A DNA stretch of 64,000 nucleotides from an uncultured Gammaproteobacteria bacterium (GCA_964599455.1 CAZREA010000004.1:1628-65627); one strand, 5' to 3'; numbered from the stretch's first letter, positions 34,586-45,096 are shown. Translations and numbers: made by a program. Notes: generated by a model from the sequence alone, not told the origin.

Positions 34586-36469
34586 ATGGCCAAACATCAT
34601 CTAAAAAAACATGATGCGCAGTTTGACCATGTCCATTTAAAAGAAGACGGACTTCATAATGAGCGCACAACCGAATCCGCAAAAGCATTTGCGCGTGATG
34701 TGGAAGAGGGATTGCAGGTTATTTATGGCGACGACACGCAAGATTTGCATGTGGTTGAAAAAGATCAGCATCATGCCACGCGTGTGCTCGTAAAAATCGT
34801 CCTCGCGCTGGCGTTGTGTACGGGGCTCGCGTATATCGCTTTTTTTGCCTACACCACGTTTTTTCGCGAACAGGTCCAGGAGCCTTTACACATTACGATT
34901 ACCGCACCAACACAGGTGCAGAGCGGGAGTGAAATTACCATTGAGGTTGCCTACGGGAATCCGCAAAATATTCCCCTAGCGCAACTGAGTATTGATCTCA
35001 ATCTTCCTTCGGGATTTGTCGTCACCTCCTCTTTGCCCGATCCTAGCAATGCGGAAGAATTGGTTTGGACCATTGGTTCGCTGGGCCAACATTCCGATGG
35101 AAAAATCATCTTCACCGGCTATTGGTTTGCTGAAGTTCCTTCCATCGGCATAGTGCAAGCGGTTTCGACCTATCGCCCGGCTAATTTTAATGCCGACTTT
35201 TCTACCATCACGACCGCTTCGTTGTCTGCTGATTCTTCATTACTCCAATCTTCTCTCACAGGACCAGCCGCTGTTGCCCCGGGCGAAGAAGCGACCTATG
35301 TTTTTTCGCTTACGAACACCGCCACACGTACACTTGAACATATCGCTACCGAGTTTTTATTGCCGAGTACGTTTATTGTGACTTCGTTTGAGCCGGCGTT
35401 AGAACCTGGCGGCGCAAAGGTGTGGACTCTTGCTTCATTGGAAGCCGGGCAATCAACGTCTATGACCTTACGCGGAGCGTATGCGGGTGATGCGAAGGAC
35501 GTGCAGCAGCTTGATGTGCGCACCACGCTGATTCCTGCCGAGGGTCGATCAGCCGTTGTGCAGGCAACGACGAGTTGGTTTACCGATGTACAAGGAGGAG
35601 ATGTTCGCCTGTCATTAGCGGCCAATGGCTCAACGAGTCAGGCATTAGTAGCTCCGGGTGAACAATTGCGTGTGAGTGCCCAAGTGGTGAATGAGGGCGA
35701 AAAGGCACTGAGTGATCTTGTGCTCACGCTCGATTTTCAACCCGAGCAAGGCATTCCTATTTCTTGGAGTGAAAGTACGCTCGGTGGCGCACAAATTACG
35801 GCGGCCGGAATTGTCCTTTCTGCACAAAAGATTGGTACTCTTGCGCCGGGTGAACGTAAAACTTTTTCATTCCTTTTCCCACTCAAAGCAGAAGTTACTT
35901 CCACCAACGTCACCGATTTTGCGGTAACGGCGTACGTGACAAGTGCACAAGGAAAAGTACAAAGCACACCCATTGCCGTGCAGGTAAATGCCGCGGTTGC
36001 CCTTGACGCGCAGGCACGTTATTACGATGCACAAGGTGCACCCGTGGGCGCAGGTGTGTTTCCACCCGAGGTTGATCAGGAAACCACGTTTTTGCTGACT
36101 TGGAAAATCGATAAACAATTGCATGCACTCGAGGATGTCAGTATTGCCGCAACCTTGCCTCCTGATGTCACCTTTGTACGTGCCGATACTGCAACTGCGG
36201 GCACGTTAAGCTATGATGAAGCAACGCGCACGGTGCGCTGGACCGTTGATGTCATGCACGAAGACGAACAAACGCTTACACAAGGATTTTTTCTTACCCT
36301 TATTCCGGGTGATGAAGATGTTGATACGTACGTCAAATTGCTTTCATCCAGCATCCTACGTGCAACAGACTCTGTCACCGGCGCAACGCTTGCCGATGAA
36401 GATGCAGCCTTAACAACTGAATTACCCGACGATGTAACGGCAGCCGGAAAGGGTATTATTGCCGACTAA
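34586..36469 (+). CDS. membrane-anchored surface protein with repeated beta-rich (DUF11/CARDB-like) domains
   Basis: TM helix then about five similar ~100-aa T/S/V-rich repeats. Confidence 0.45.
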   Translation: MAKHHLKKHDAQFDHVHLKEDGLHNERTTESAKAFARDVEEGLQVIYGDDTQDLHVVEKDQHHATRVLVKIVLALALCTGLAYIAFFAYTTFFREQVQEPLHITITAPTQVQSGSEITIEVAYGNPQNIPLAQLSIDLNLPSGFVVTSSLPDPSNAEELVWTIGSLGQHSDGKIIFTGYWFAEVPSIGIVQAVSTYRPANFNADFSTITTASLSADSSLLQSSLTGPAAVAPGEEATYVFSLTNTATRTLEHIATEFLLPSTFIVTSFEPALEPGGAKVWTLASLEAGQSTSMTLRGAYAGDAKDVQQLDVRTTLIPAEGRSAVVQATTSWFTDVQGGDVRLSLAANGSTSQALVAPGEQLRVSAQVVNEGEKALSDLVLTLDFQPEQGIPISWSESTLGGAQITAAGIVLSAQKIGTLAPGERKTFSFLFPLKAEVTSTNVTDFAVTAYVTSAQGKVQSTPIAVQVNAAVALDAQARYYDAQGAPVGAGVFPPEVDQETTFLLTWKIDKQLHALEDVSIAATLPPDVTFVRADTATAGTLSYDEATRTVRWTVDVMHEDEQTLTQGFFLTLIPGDEDVDTYVKLLSSSILRATDSVTGATLADEDAALTTELPDDVTAAGKGIIAD

Positions 36470-37584
36470 TTTTTTACAGAGTTGAGAGCAGTGAGAAGTG
36501 ATTGCGCGGTTTTCTCCCAAGAATGCGTTTTTGCCAACGCAAGGCCTTTGGTACGCAACGTTTCCAGGACAGCATGATTTTTTTCTTCACAAATAAGTGC
36601 AAGTGCTCGTGCAATGTCTTCGCTATTGTGCGCATCAATACTCAAAACCGTATCGCCAAAAAGCGTGTGCGGAGCAGTGCTGGCAGTGGTGATAACCGGC
36701 GTTCCGCATGCAAGGGCTTCGAGTACGGGTAAACCAAACCCTTCAAAAAATGAAGGAAACAGAACAGCTCTAGCACCGCGTAACAGTGCTGGTCGATGTT
36801 TGGCGGGAATATAGCCTAGTTCGAGAATTGTTTTTCTGTTGTGTATAGGAGCATATTTCCAACCTGGTGCACCCGCGATGACGAGCGGAAGATCATTGCC
36901 TGCATGATCGCTCCATTTGAGGAAACCTTCAATAATGCCGGGAAGATTTTTTCGCGGTTCTTGGGTGGCTAAACTCAGCACATATGGCCGATTCAAGTCA
37001 TACATGGCGCGAAATGATCGATCAGATGATTGTTCGCGGGCGCAAAATACTTGGTGGTCAACACCAAGAGGAAGAGGAGAAATGCGTTCAGGTGCAATAT
37101 CCCACGTGTGTTGAATATCGTGTGCCGTTGTGGGTGAGACGGCAAGAATGTGCTGGGCTTGCGCAGCAAGTTCTTGCGGACGAGCCAAGGCACGCAACAC
37201 ATTATCTTTCGGCGAAAAGAAATCAGGAAAATGAACAAAGCTTAAATCATGAACGGTGAGAATGTACGGCTTTTCCGTGCGGATAATCGTCCAATTAGGA
37301 AACCACCAGGCATCAATCGGTTCTGGCAAATATGCCTCAAGCGGTGTGCCGGTCAGAGTAAGTGCGAAGACAAGACGATTTGGCAGTGCTTTGCGCACGA
37401 CTGTGACATGCGGGTGGGAAAAGGTGGGTAATCGTGCCAAGGTATCAGCACTTCCCGACGCAAAAAGAACAAAGTGATGTTCGGTTGGTAAAGAAAAAAG
37501 TTCTTTGAGTGTTTCGAGCAAAGCAAAACCGACGCCGGTAAGATGGCGATCAGTTAATGAACGAATGTCAATTGCAATACGCAT
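36466..37584 (-). CDS. glycosyltransferase family 4
   Basis: 'EGFGLPVLEALACGTPVITT' GT4 C-domain. Confidence 0.75.
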   Translation of the reverse strand: MRIAIDIRSLTDRHLTGVGFALLETLKELFSLPTEHHFVLFASGSADTLARLPTFSHPHVTVVRKALPNRLVFALTLTGTPLEAYLPEPIDAWWFPNWTIIRTEKPYILTVHDLSFVHFPDFFSPKDNVLRALARPQELAAQAQHILAVSPTTAHDIQHTWDIAPERISPLPLGVDHQVFCAREQSSDRSFRAMYDLNRPYVLSLATQEPRKNLPGIIEGFLKWSDHAGNDLPLVIAGAPGWKYAPIHNRKTILELGYIPAKHRPALLRGARAVLFPSFFEGFGLPVLEALACGTPVITTASTAPHTLFGDTVLSIDAHNSEDIARALALICEEKNHAVLETLRTKGLALAKTHSWEKTAQSLLTALNSVKN

Positions 37585-38696
37585 TAGCGTTCACCAAGAA
37601 TATGCTGAGCATGCGTGCGATATGTTTCACGCACGACCCTCATCATCTTTTCACGAAACACGGTTGTTGAAAATCCCTCAGCATGCTGGCGAATGCGGGC
37701 AGGGGAGAAAACGGTGTGGTTAAAGTGTGTAATTGCATCAATAAGTCCATCAACACTTTGGGTTGTGAAAAAACTTCCCGTTACTCCTTCAATAACCGTT
37801 TCCAGTGCACCACCTTTTTTATAGGCAATCACCGGTCGTCCTGCCGCCATGCTTTCGACGGCCGTAATGCCGAAATCTTCTTCTTGCGGATAAATAAATG
37901 CGATGGCATCAGTAAACAATCGTGCCCGTTCTTCATCGCTGACCCGACCAATAAATTCGATATTGCTTTTTGCGCGTTTACGTAAACTCGCTTCGGCAGG
38001 GCCTGTGCCAAATATTTTTAGCGGTTTTCCTAATTTATTAAACGCATCAACGATTAAGTCAAAGCGTTTGTAGGCAACCAAACGTCCACCGGCTAAATAG
38101 TAGGTTTTCTCGTTACTACTGATGTGAAAGCGCTCAACATCAACGGGTGGATAAATGACCTCGCTGTCTTTGTTGTAATATTTTTTGATGCGCAAGCGAA
38201 CAGCTTCAGAGTTCGCGATAAATCGATCAACGCGATCTGCAGACGTACGATCCCACATGCGTAAAAAAGTTAACAAGGGAGGGAGAAGGAATTTAATCGG
38301 TTTGGGAATAAAGAGCTCCTCAACGTAATCGCTTGTTTCGGACCACAAATACCGAGTAGGTGTGTGGCAGTAACAAATATGCACCGTGTGCGGATGGGTG
38401 ATGACACCCTTTGCTAAGGCGCTTGAACTCGAAATAACGACGTCATACGGACGCAGGTCATAACTCTCAATTGCGGTCGGCATCAGCGGGAGAAACCAGC
38501 GTAAGTGCGAAATGCCTCCAGGAAGGCGTTCCAGAAATGAGGTGCGAATATCACGATGGGCGAATTCAGGAAAGTGATTCTTGGCGAAGGCAAGCGTATA
38601 AAGCGGAGCGTAGGGCCAGAGCGCGGCTAATGCTTCTAACACCCGCTCAGCGCCTCCTTTTTGTATGAGATGGTCATGGACAAGAGCAACGCGCAT
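37584..38696 (-). CDS. glycosyltransferase family 4
   Basis: 'EDFGITAVESMAAGRPVIAYKKGG' GT4 C-domain; start/stop overlap with the upstream GT4. Confidence 0.75.
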   Translation of the reverse strand: MRVALVHDHLIQKGGAERVLEALAALWPYAPLYTLAFAKNHFPEFAHRDIRTSFLERLPGGISHLRWFLPLMPTAIESYDLRPYDVVISSSSALAKGVITHPHTVHICYCHTPTRYLWSETSDYVEELFIPKPIKFLLPPLLTFLRMWDRTSADRVDRFIANSEAVRLRIKKYYNKDSEVIYPPVDVERFHISSNEKTYYLAGGRLVAYKRFDLIVDAFNKLGKPLKIFGTGPAEASLRKRAKSNIEFIGRVSDEERARLFTDAIAFIYPQEEDFGITAVESMAAGRPVIAYKKGGALETVIEGVTGSFFTTQSVDGLIDAITHFNHTVFSPARIRQHAEGFSTTVFREKMMRVVRETYRTHAQHILGER

Positions 38697-38957
38697 AGGG
38701 GAGGAACAGATGGGACGGATTGTAGACGGATTTAGGGGATATGGAAAGGGTGCTGAATTGAATCTAAAATTATTGACTTTCCTGCCGTTTTTGTTACCTT
38801 AGTCTATCGTTCAGAGAACATTGTTCGTGTTGAACGTAGCGTTTTGGACCTAAAAAGATGGATCTAAAACGCCGTGCTCAACCAATGGCCTGCATCATTC
38901 CGGTATCTATCGGAAGAAATGCCTGCCCACGGCTTTCCAAAAAGGAGGCTCGTCGCC

Positions 38958-39860
38958 ATGTCGACACGCCTTGCTGATTTGCCTTATGGAGTCGTCGATC
39001 AGCTGCATCGCCAGCTCGCCAGCAACCTGACCGCCGAGGAGGGACGGAAGCTTCATGATCGCCCCGAGCTCTGGAAGGTCATGGTCGAAGCCCTGCGCAG
39101 GCAGATAGGGCCTAAACTTGTTCACGGTCGGTTCACCCCGCTCGCGGACAAGATCGCGATGGTGAAGACGTGGCCCGGCATCAACCCGGCCGACGTCGAC
39201 GCCGCGTTCGCCACGGCGATGGAGAACGGGACGATCGCCGGCTACGAGGCCGAGGTCGGGAAGAACCCGTTCCTCGACATCGTCGTCACGGTCTACCGCG
39301 AGTCCATCCCCGCCACCGTCGTGTACGCGCGCGAGCGCATGCGTGAGGTCTGGGGTGACAAATACAGCGAGTGGGAAGCAGCCTACGCGCAGGACGTCGA
39401 TGACGACCGCGTGAAGGCCATCCCGGGCGCGAAGCAGTTCACTCCCAACCGGATCGTCATCGAGGTTGTCGACTTCGGGGCGAACTGGAACCTGAAGGAC
39501 GGCGTCGTGCTTGAGGAGGTTCAGAAGTCCCAGGCTGCTCAGCTCGCGAGTTTTGCCGTGATCTACAACGCCGTGCAGAGCCCCAAGTGGCTCTGGCAGA
39601 TGGACGGTAAGAAGGTACCGTATGCCCTCGTGGCTGCGCTTCTGCTCAACGTGCCGAACCACAGAAGAGATAGGGAGACAGAGGAGATGGAGCGTGCCAT
39701 GATGTATGCGCTCATCATCGACAGGCCACTGCCTTACGAGGCGTGGCGTTACTCACCGAGCGTCTTGCGCGACGGTGGCGAGGCGAGGCTGAGCGGCGAC
39801 TACGTCGGGTGCCGTTTCCACAACTGCGCCGTGCCTGTCCTCCGGGAGTACAAGCGCTAG
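38958..39860 (+). CDS. GC-cassette hypothetical protein (300 aa; internal ATG with AGGAGG SD)
   Basis: Visibly GC-rich; no recognisable domain; two hairpins downstream (GTCCGCgaaGCGGAC, GATACGT..ACGTATC). Confidence 0.5.
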   Translation: MSTRLADLPYGVVDQLHRQLASNLTAEEGRKLHDRPELWKVMVEALRRQIGPKLVHGRFTPLADKIAMVKTWPGINPADVDAAFATAMENGTIAGYEAEVGKNPFLDIVVTVYRESIPATVVYARERMREVWGDKYSEWEAAYAQDVDDDRVKAIPGAKQFTPNRIVIEVVDFGANWNLKDGVVLEEVQKSQAAQLASFAVIYNAVQSPKWLWQMDGKKVPYALVAALLLNVPNHRRDRETEEMERAMMYALIIDRPLPYEAWRYSPSVLRDGGEARLSGDYVGCRFHNCAVPVLREYKR

Positions 39861-40032
39861 GGATTCGGCGACTCGTTATTTGGGAGCCTTGGACTCTGAG
39901 TTCTTGGCTCTCGTCCGCGAAGCGGACTTGATACGTCGATCGCTCAACGTATCTCGCGACATCGGGAAATTCTGGCCTCAACGAGGGGTGGCATCTCCGG
40001 GTGTCGCTCTTTTTTTAGAGAAGGAAGATGTC

Positions 40033-41457
40033 TCAATACGCCCCCTTGCGAAAAAGCACCGCAAACGGAGTCTTTAATAAAATCGTCAAATCCATCCATG
40101 GACTCCAATTTTCGATGTAGTGCATATCCAGTCGGACTTCTTCTTCAAAGTCGAGATTGGCGCGGCCGCTGACTTGCGATAAACCGGTAATGCCGGGTTT
40201 CACGGTTAATACCCGACGCTCGTGTGCTTTATAAAGTGAGACTTCTTCGGGTAAATGCGGGCGTGGACCAACGAGGCTCATGCGTCCCAGAAAGACCAGA
40301 TAAAATTCAGGCAGCTCATCTAAACTATATTTGCGAATGAATGAGCCAACGCGCGTGACACGGGGATCGTGCGCAAGTTTAAACAACGGCGTTCCTTCAC
40401 GCATGTTTCCATGTGCTTTTAAAAATTTTTGATCAAAACGATAGGTGTGTGCATTTTTGATCATCGAACGAAATTTGAAATAGGGAAAAGACTTGCCAAA
40501 TTGTCCAACGCGCACGACGTGCTCGCCGTTGGGAAGTTTGCGAAAGAAGATTGCGCCGGGTTGTTCGAGAAAAAGGGCTAGAGCAACAAGTATCTGAAGG
40601 GGAAGTGTCAGTAAAATAAGAAGCGTTGAGAGGATCACGTCAAACAGTCGTTTATAAATTGCTCCCCAGCCATCAAGCGGGGTTTTAGGAACTTCAATAA
40701 CGGGCGAATCTCCAAGCGTATGCACGATTGGCTGCAGAGTGCTGCCTGCAAACAAATCGGCACTATAAAGAAAGACGAGGTGTTCGTTATCGGCAAAGGA
40801 TTTGAGTGACAAAATTTCTTGTCGTGAGGCTTCGGAATTGGCCAAAAGCACGCCATCAAGTCGTCCTTCGCGGCGAAGGGCCTGTAATTTTTTGGCTACA
40901 TCATCGGTGAAGATGGGAATTTGAGTAATGACACGATAGCCCCAAGAAGGATGATATTTGAGTGAAGAAACGAGTGTGTTGGCACTTTTAGTTTTTCCAA
41001 TCACCACCAGTGTCGTGACATTCACGCCAAGGGTTCGGAGGCTTTTTTGCACTAATCGTACGACTAAACGCATAATCACCACAAAAATGATTGATAGTGC
41101 CCATGCTGCCAAAATAATAAAACGCGAATCAAACAGTTCACGCGAAAAGAAAGCAATGGCCAGCACGGCGGCCATTGCTGTTGAAGCAGCCATGCTCACT
41201 CGCAAACTTTCGTGCAGCATCCCTCCGCGCGGACGAATGCGATAAAGTCCTCCCAAAGCAAAAATGCCCAGATACAAAAAAGCGATCGGTACAACGACGG
41301 TGAGATATTCGGGAAGGGTAAGTGCGAATTGGACCGGCTTCAGCCACGTAAAAAATCCGGTAAAACGCAACGAATACGCAGCGACAGCTGCGGCGACCAA
41401 GGCCAAATAATCCAGTGGAACTAATACTGCCGCAATGGCCAAATCGGCACGTTTCAT
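40033..41457 (-). CDS. polyprenyl-phosphate sugar phosphotransferase (WbaP/EpsL-like)
   Basis: Five TM helices then a 'bacterial sugar transferase' domain ('SLVGPRP'). Confidence 0.8.
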   Translation of the reverse strand: MKRADLAIAAVLVPLDYLALVAAAVAAYSLRFTGFFTWLKPVQFALTLPEYLTVVVPIAFLYLGIFALGGLYRIRPRGGMLHESLRVSMAASTAMAAVLAIAFFSRELFDSRFIILAAWALSIIFVVIMRLVVRLVQKSLRTLGVNVTTLVVIGKTKSANTLVSSLKYHPSWGYRVITQIPIFTDDVAKKLQALRREGRLDGVLLANSEASRQEILSLKSFADNEHLVFLYSADLFAGSTLQPIVHTLGDSPVIEVPKTPLDGWGAIYKRLFDVILSTLLILLTLPLQILVALALFLEQPGAIFFRKLPNGEHVVRVGQFGKSFPYFKFRSMIKNAHTYRFDQKFLKAHGNMREGTPLFKLAHDPRVTRVGSFIRKYSLDELPEFYLVFLGRMSLVGPRPHLPEEVSLYKAHERRVLTVKPGITGLSQVSGRANLDFEEEVRLDMHYIENWSPWMDLTILLKTPFAVLFRKGAY

Positions 41458-41488
41458 ACCCTGCTATTTTAGCACGGGAAAGGAGGTA

Positions 41489-42358
41489 TTACGTGTTTTG
41501 CTTTTTTCGACAGCGAAAAACGTTGTATTTTTTATATTCTTTGGTGTCGAGAATTGTGAAAAGTTTTTGGGCATCTTTTTCAAAAAGAGCTACAAATCTG
41601 CCCTCGGTCACAAAAAAGAATTCCCCTTTTTGTTTCAGAAGGAGTGTCGCAGAGGTGAAAAACTTTTCTCTTTCCTCATTGCGAATATGAAAGGAAAAAT
41701 TGCTCACGATAAAGTCGATCTTATTGCGTAATGGTCTTCTTTGCTCGTCTTCTGCGGTGAGATCGGTTTGGAGAATCTCTACATTTTTTAACTCCTGCAC
41801 ATTTTCTGCCAATGCTTTATAGGCACCAATCTCTTTTTCGCAGGCAATAATGTGAGCGTCGGGGAATTCAGTTGCGAGTATGACCGAGATCGCGCCCCAT
41901 CCTGCGCCCAAATCGGCGACCACTTTTCCTGAGAGATCATCTGCTGCACGCAGAAAAACATCTAAAAGAAAACGTGTCCCTTCATCAAGATCTGTTTGCG
42001 AAAAAACCGCATCTCCAGGCGAGATGGTGTACATCTTTTCTTTGAAATAAAAGGTAATGGTGCGCTTGTTTTGTAAGGGTGCAAGATTTTGCGTGCTCTC
42101 TTTTACAATCTCCACAAGACGAATGTCCTCGCCACCTTTACCGACGATGATAGGATTCAAACCGTGTTCTTTCAGAAGAGTGAGTGTACTTTTGAGGCCG
42201 TACTTTTTTCTCGAAAGTAAAAAGATTCGATCTCCAATCGCAAGATTTTTCCATGCATCAACGATTTGATGATAGACGTTGCTCGCATCCTGTCCCCATT
42301 CGTGCCGGAGAAGGATAGAGGAAGGATATTGTTCTAAAATGCGCTGATAATCTTTCAT
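41489..42358 (-). CDS. RsmC/RlmG-like rRNA (guanine-N2) methyltransferase
   Basis: 'VADLGAGWGAIS' motif I; methyltransferase small domain. Confidence 0.6.
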   Translation of the reverse strand: MKDYQRILEQYPSSILLRHEWGQDASNVYHQIVDAWKNLAIGDRIFLLSRKKYGLKSTLTLLKEHGLNPIIVGKGGEDIRLVEIVKESTQNLAPLQNKRTITFYFKEKMYTISPGDAVFSQTDLDEGTRFLLDVFLRAADDLSGKVVADLGAGWGAISVILATEFPDAHIIACEKEIGAYKALAENVQELKNVEILQTDLTAEDEQRRPLRNKIDFIVSNFSFHIRNEEREKFFTSATLLLKQKGEFFFVTEGRFVALFEKDAQKLFTILDTKEYKKYNVFRCRKKQNT

Positions 42359-42804
42359 ACCGCATTCCCCTCGGTGAGATCTTCGTCGTCTTGTTGGAGA
42401 GTATGCGCGACGGACTGCGCTCGCGCTTCGGCTTTGTTTAGCGCGGCATCAAGATTTGCATCCTTTATGTGAATGAAAGCAATGATACCGTCAGGACTCT
42501 GTATTTCAAGTGAAACGTCCCATTCGATATGATCCTTTTTTTCGGAAGATTGATGAAAAGAGATTTCTGCCTTCTGAATCGAAGGATGAAGAGGGAAATG
42601 CACCACTTGCCAGTGTTTTCCTTGGGAGTCAGTATGTTCTTCGCCTAACGGTATACCTCGTTTTCTGAGCGCATGATGAAGGATAGTTTCTGGATGACTC
42701 GTGATGCGTTCTTGTTGATAATCATCCACGACGTTCAAAAGTTCTTGAATACGTTTACTTCTTTCTGATGACATAGGATGTGGTAAATAACTACAGTGTA
42801 ACAA
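42355..42804 (-). CDS. ribosome hibernation factor-like protein (HPF/RaiA family)
   Basis: C-terminal 'ANLDAALNKAEARAQS' resembles the HPF helix. Confidence 0.35.
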   Translation of the reverse strand: MLHCSYLPHPMSSERSKRIQELLNVVDDYQQERITSHPETILHHALRKRGIPLGEEHTDSQGKHWQVVHFPLHPSIQKAEISFHQSSEKKDHIEWDVSLEIQSPDGIIAFIHIKDANLDAALNKAEARAQSVAHTLQQDDEDLTEGNAV

Positions 42805-42839
42805 ACAAAAGATTTTCAGCAGAATACAAGGGCGTGTGC

Positions 42840-42868
42840 TTGATTTTTTCGCGAAAATCCGTATACTA
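42840..42868 (+). promoter_or_regulatory. sigma70-like promoter for rnpB (TTGATT-N17-TATACT)
   Basis: Consensus-like hexamers with 17-nt spacer just 5' of the RNase P RNA. Confidence 0.5.
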
Positions 42869-42873
42869 TTCCG

Positions 42874-43368
42874 GCTTGGCGCGCCGGACGGCTATGCGTG
42901 GTTTACCACGTAAGGAAAGTCCGAACACCCTTTGTGCAGCAATGCACAATGAGCAAAGGCGTTGTTAACGACAACCAGGAAGAGATCGCAAGATCAGAGC
43001 CTAGGGAAAGTCTCATCTCGACGCAAGAACGGATGAGGTCAAAATCGGCGGGAAACGGCCGACAATGACGCAACAGAGACATTCAAACCTCCTTCGATTT
43101 GTTCATGGAGGCAAAAGGTGAAACGTGATGGGGACGCAAGTTTCCCATCTCCCTGCATGGTGACATGCAGGGTGGCAAACCCGCCTTGGTGCAAGAGCAA
43201 GATTGGTAGCTCGCTTGCCCCCAACGGAGCTCCGACCCACTTTGCGCAAGCTAGGTGGGGAGGAGCGAAGTGGGGCTTAGGTCACTGGCAACAGTGATCA
43301 CAGAGAAATGGCCGTCTCCCCCGAGCGTAAGCGAGGGGCCAGACAAAATTCGGCTTACAGGCGCGTCC
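42874..43368 (+). ncRNA. rnpB: RNase P RNA
   Basis: 'GGAAAGTCCGAACAC' (CR-I) and 'ACAAAATTCGGCTTACAG' (CR-IV/V); promoter and terminator flank it. Confidence 0.75.
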
Positions 43369-43409
43369 AAACAAAAACACACCTTCGTCAGCGAAGGTGT
43401 GTTTTTGTT
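43369..43409. terminator. bidirectional intrinsic terminator after rnpB
   Basis: AAACAAAAACACACCTTCGtcagCGAAGGTGTGTTTTTGTT. Confidence 0.7.
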
Positions 43410-43412
43410 GTA

Positions 43413-43434
43413 GGGGCTGGGCGTGCCCAGCCCC
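43413..43434. repeat. perfect GC-rich palindrome GGGGCTGGGcgtgCCCAGCCCC at island edge
   Basis: 9-bp perfect stem. Confidence 0.5.
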
Positions 43435-43860
43435 TGACGCGATCGGAATAAAAAAGAGCTCAAAAGAAGATCTCTCGAGGGCAAAAAGCAAAGGTTATAC
43501 AAAACGTGCATTTACAAAAAGGATGTCCTCGGCAAATAATCGGTATATGTTCCACCGTTTTCGCAAGATGAGCGGTGGGACATGGATGGCGTGCAAAGGT
43601 CCGTGCTGGGCGGATAATGCCTACGTTCTCAAATGGGTGAGGGCCTGGGTGTATTCAAGCCTTTGTACGCCATCCTCTCTTTTTGTCTGGGCGGGACCTG
43701 GAATGATGCATTTCGCGATAGCCTTCAGAAGGTCCTCGCTGAATGGTTTTCGCGGCGATGCGCTTGTCGAGTGGTTCGGCAAGCGGTCCGGTGTTGTTCC
43801 AGGTCCCGTTTTTATCCCACGCGCGCTCGTGGGATTTTCCTTAAAACATGAACCCCCGCC

Positions 43861-43890
43861 ACGACTCGGTCGGGCGGGGGTCACGAATGG
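43861..43890 (-). terminator. GC-rich terminator-like hairpin H6
   Basis: CCCCCGCCacgactcggtcGGGCGGGGG. Confidence 0.5.
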
Positions 43891-43896
43891 TGCTGG

Positions 43897-44514
43897 CTAC
43901 TTCACTGCTTCGGCCGCTGCGGCGTCGGCAGGAGGAGAAGCGGGGATGTCGCCGTAGTAGACATCGAGCTCACCGATCGGCGCAGGGCTTTCGGGGGCGA
44001 TGAAGAGAGAGCCCTTCTGCTTGAAGCGCGGAACTCCCTCGTCCTCCTTATTCCTCCTGGGGATGACATTGCCCGGCTTTCTGCGGGGGAGTCTGACTTT
44101 CGTCCAGCCCCTCTGTGTGATTGCCTCCACTCGCTTCGGCCTCTCCAGCTCGAGGTCCGTGTAGTGGCGAGAGAATTCGCCGGGCGACCACGACTGCATC
44201 GCTCGACACCGCTGAAGCAGCGTCTCGGCGTGCTCGATCTGTGTCTTGATGTCCTGAGGATCTTCTGCCGTACGGACTCCGTTCCGCAGAGCCCGCATGC
44301 GACGAATCACCAATGTGAACGCATGGTGCGTTCCGTTGATCTTCATTCCGTCACGAATGCGTTCTGCGGTAGCGGCAAATTGCGAGATGGTCCGAGTAGC
44401 TGCGTTTTTACGACCTCGATCCTTTTCCTCTTTGGCAGGCTGAGGGGGATGATGTTTGCGGGGGTGCCAGGTGGACGTGTGCAATGAAACGACCCTCTTG
44501 TCTCTGCCCGACAT
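43897..44514 (-). CDS. GC-cassette hypothetical protein (205 aa; start uncertain, no SD found)
   Basis: GC-rich ORF with a downstream hairpin; basic, no domain recognised. Confidence 0.4.
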   Translation of the reverse strand: MSGRDKRVVSLHTSTWHPRKHHPPQPAKEEKDRGRKNAATRTISQFAATAERIRDGMKINGTHHAFTLVIRRMRALRNGVRTAEDPQDIKTQIEHAETLLQRCRAMQSWSPGEFSRHYTDLELERPKRVEAITQRGWTKVRLPRRKPGNVIPRRNKEDEGVPRFKQKGSLFIAPESPAPIGELDVYYGDIPASPPADAAAAEAVK

Positions 44515-44595
44515 GGGAAGAGTTCATCTAAGTTGCCGCAAAAGAAAGAAAAAAGCAAATCACGGATGTGTTTTAAAAAAAGAACACCACTCGCA

Positions 44596-44639
44596 CGCAG
44601 CAGAGACGAGGCCGCAACAAGCGGTGATGTTCTGCTGCG
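44596..44639 (-). terminator. GC-rich hairpin H7 after 44674..45096
   Basis: CGCAGCAGA..TCTGCTGCG with inner CCGCaacaaGCGG. Confidence 0.5.
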
Positions 44640-44673
44640 CCACAGGTGGCGAAAGGTTTGTAGCTCGTTGGAG

Positions 44674-45096
44674 CTACTTGTTGTCGATGAAGCGCAGGGA
44701 CGTCTGCAGATCGCAGGCGTTCTTGCTTCTCTCGGCGGCTTCTTTGCTGTCCTGAGTATTGGTCTCCCAGAGTACGTAGGTATTTCCTTTGGCTCCGCAG
44801 GCCTCGGTATGGCCTACGAAGAGCGTAACGCCGGTTGCGCCCTGGACGACTCGCACCTTTTGACTGACGTCATTCAGGGAGCGTGCCGTCTTTTCTCCGA
44901 AGATGATTGCGAGCACTTCCGAGGTCGTCTTGCTGGCGACCTGAAAATTCACGCCGTGTGGTGTGGCGTAGATTTCGCCACCATACCCCGGAATCTCCAC
45001 GTAGACGCGATCAGTCTGCGAGAGCTTGCTCGGCTTGGGCAGCTCCTCGGCCTTGGCAATCGCGAAAGACAGGAGAATGAAGAACAAACTACACAT
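44674..45096 (-). CDS. GC-cassette secreted hypothetical protein (~140 aa; ATG with AGGTG SD)
   Basis: Signal peptide 'MCSLFFILLSFAIAKA'; GC-rich. Confidence 0.45.
   Translation of the reverse strand: MCSLFFILLSFAIAKAEELPKPSKLSQTDRVYVEIPGYGGEIYATPHGVNFQVASKTTSEVLAIIFGEKTARSLNDVSQKVRVVQGATGVTLFVGHTEACGAKGNTYVLWETNTQDSKEAAERSKNACDLQTSLRFIDNK

Noticed and set aside
42874-43511. Track ORFs inside and around rnpB (43039..43224, 43251..43511, 43282..43491)
   Set aside because: They lie within the RNase P RNA gene, which is identified by the CR-I and CR-IV/V conserved blocks.
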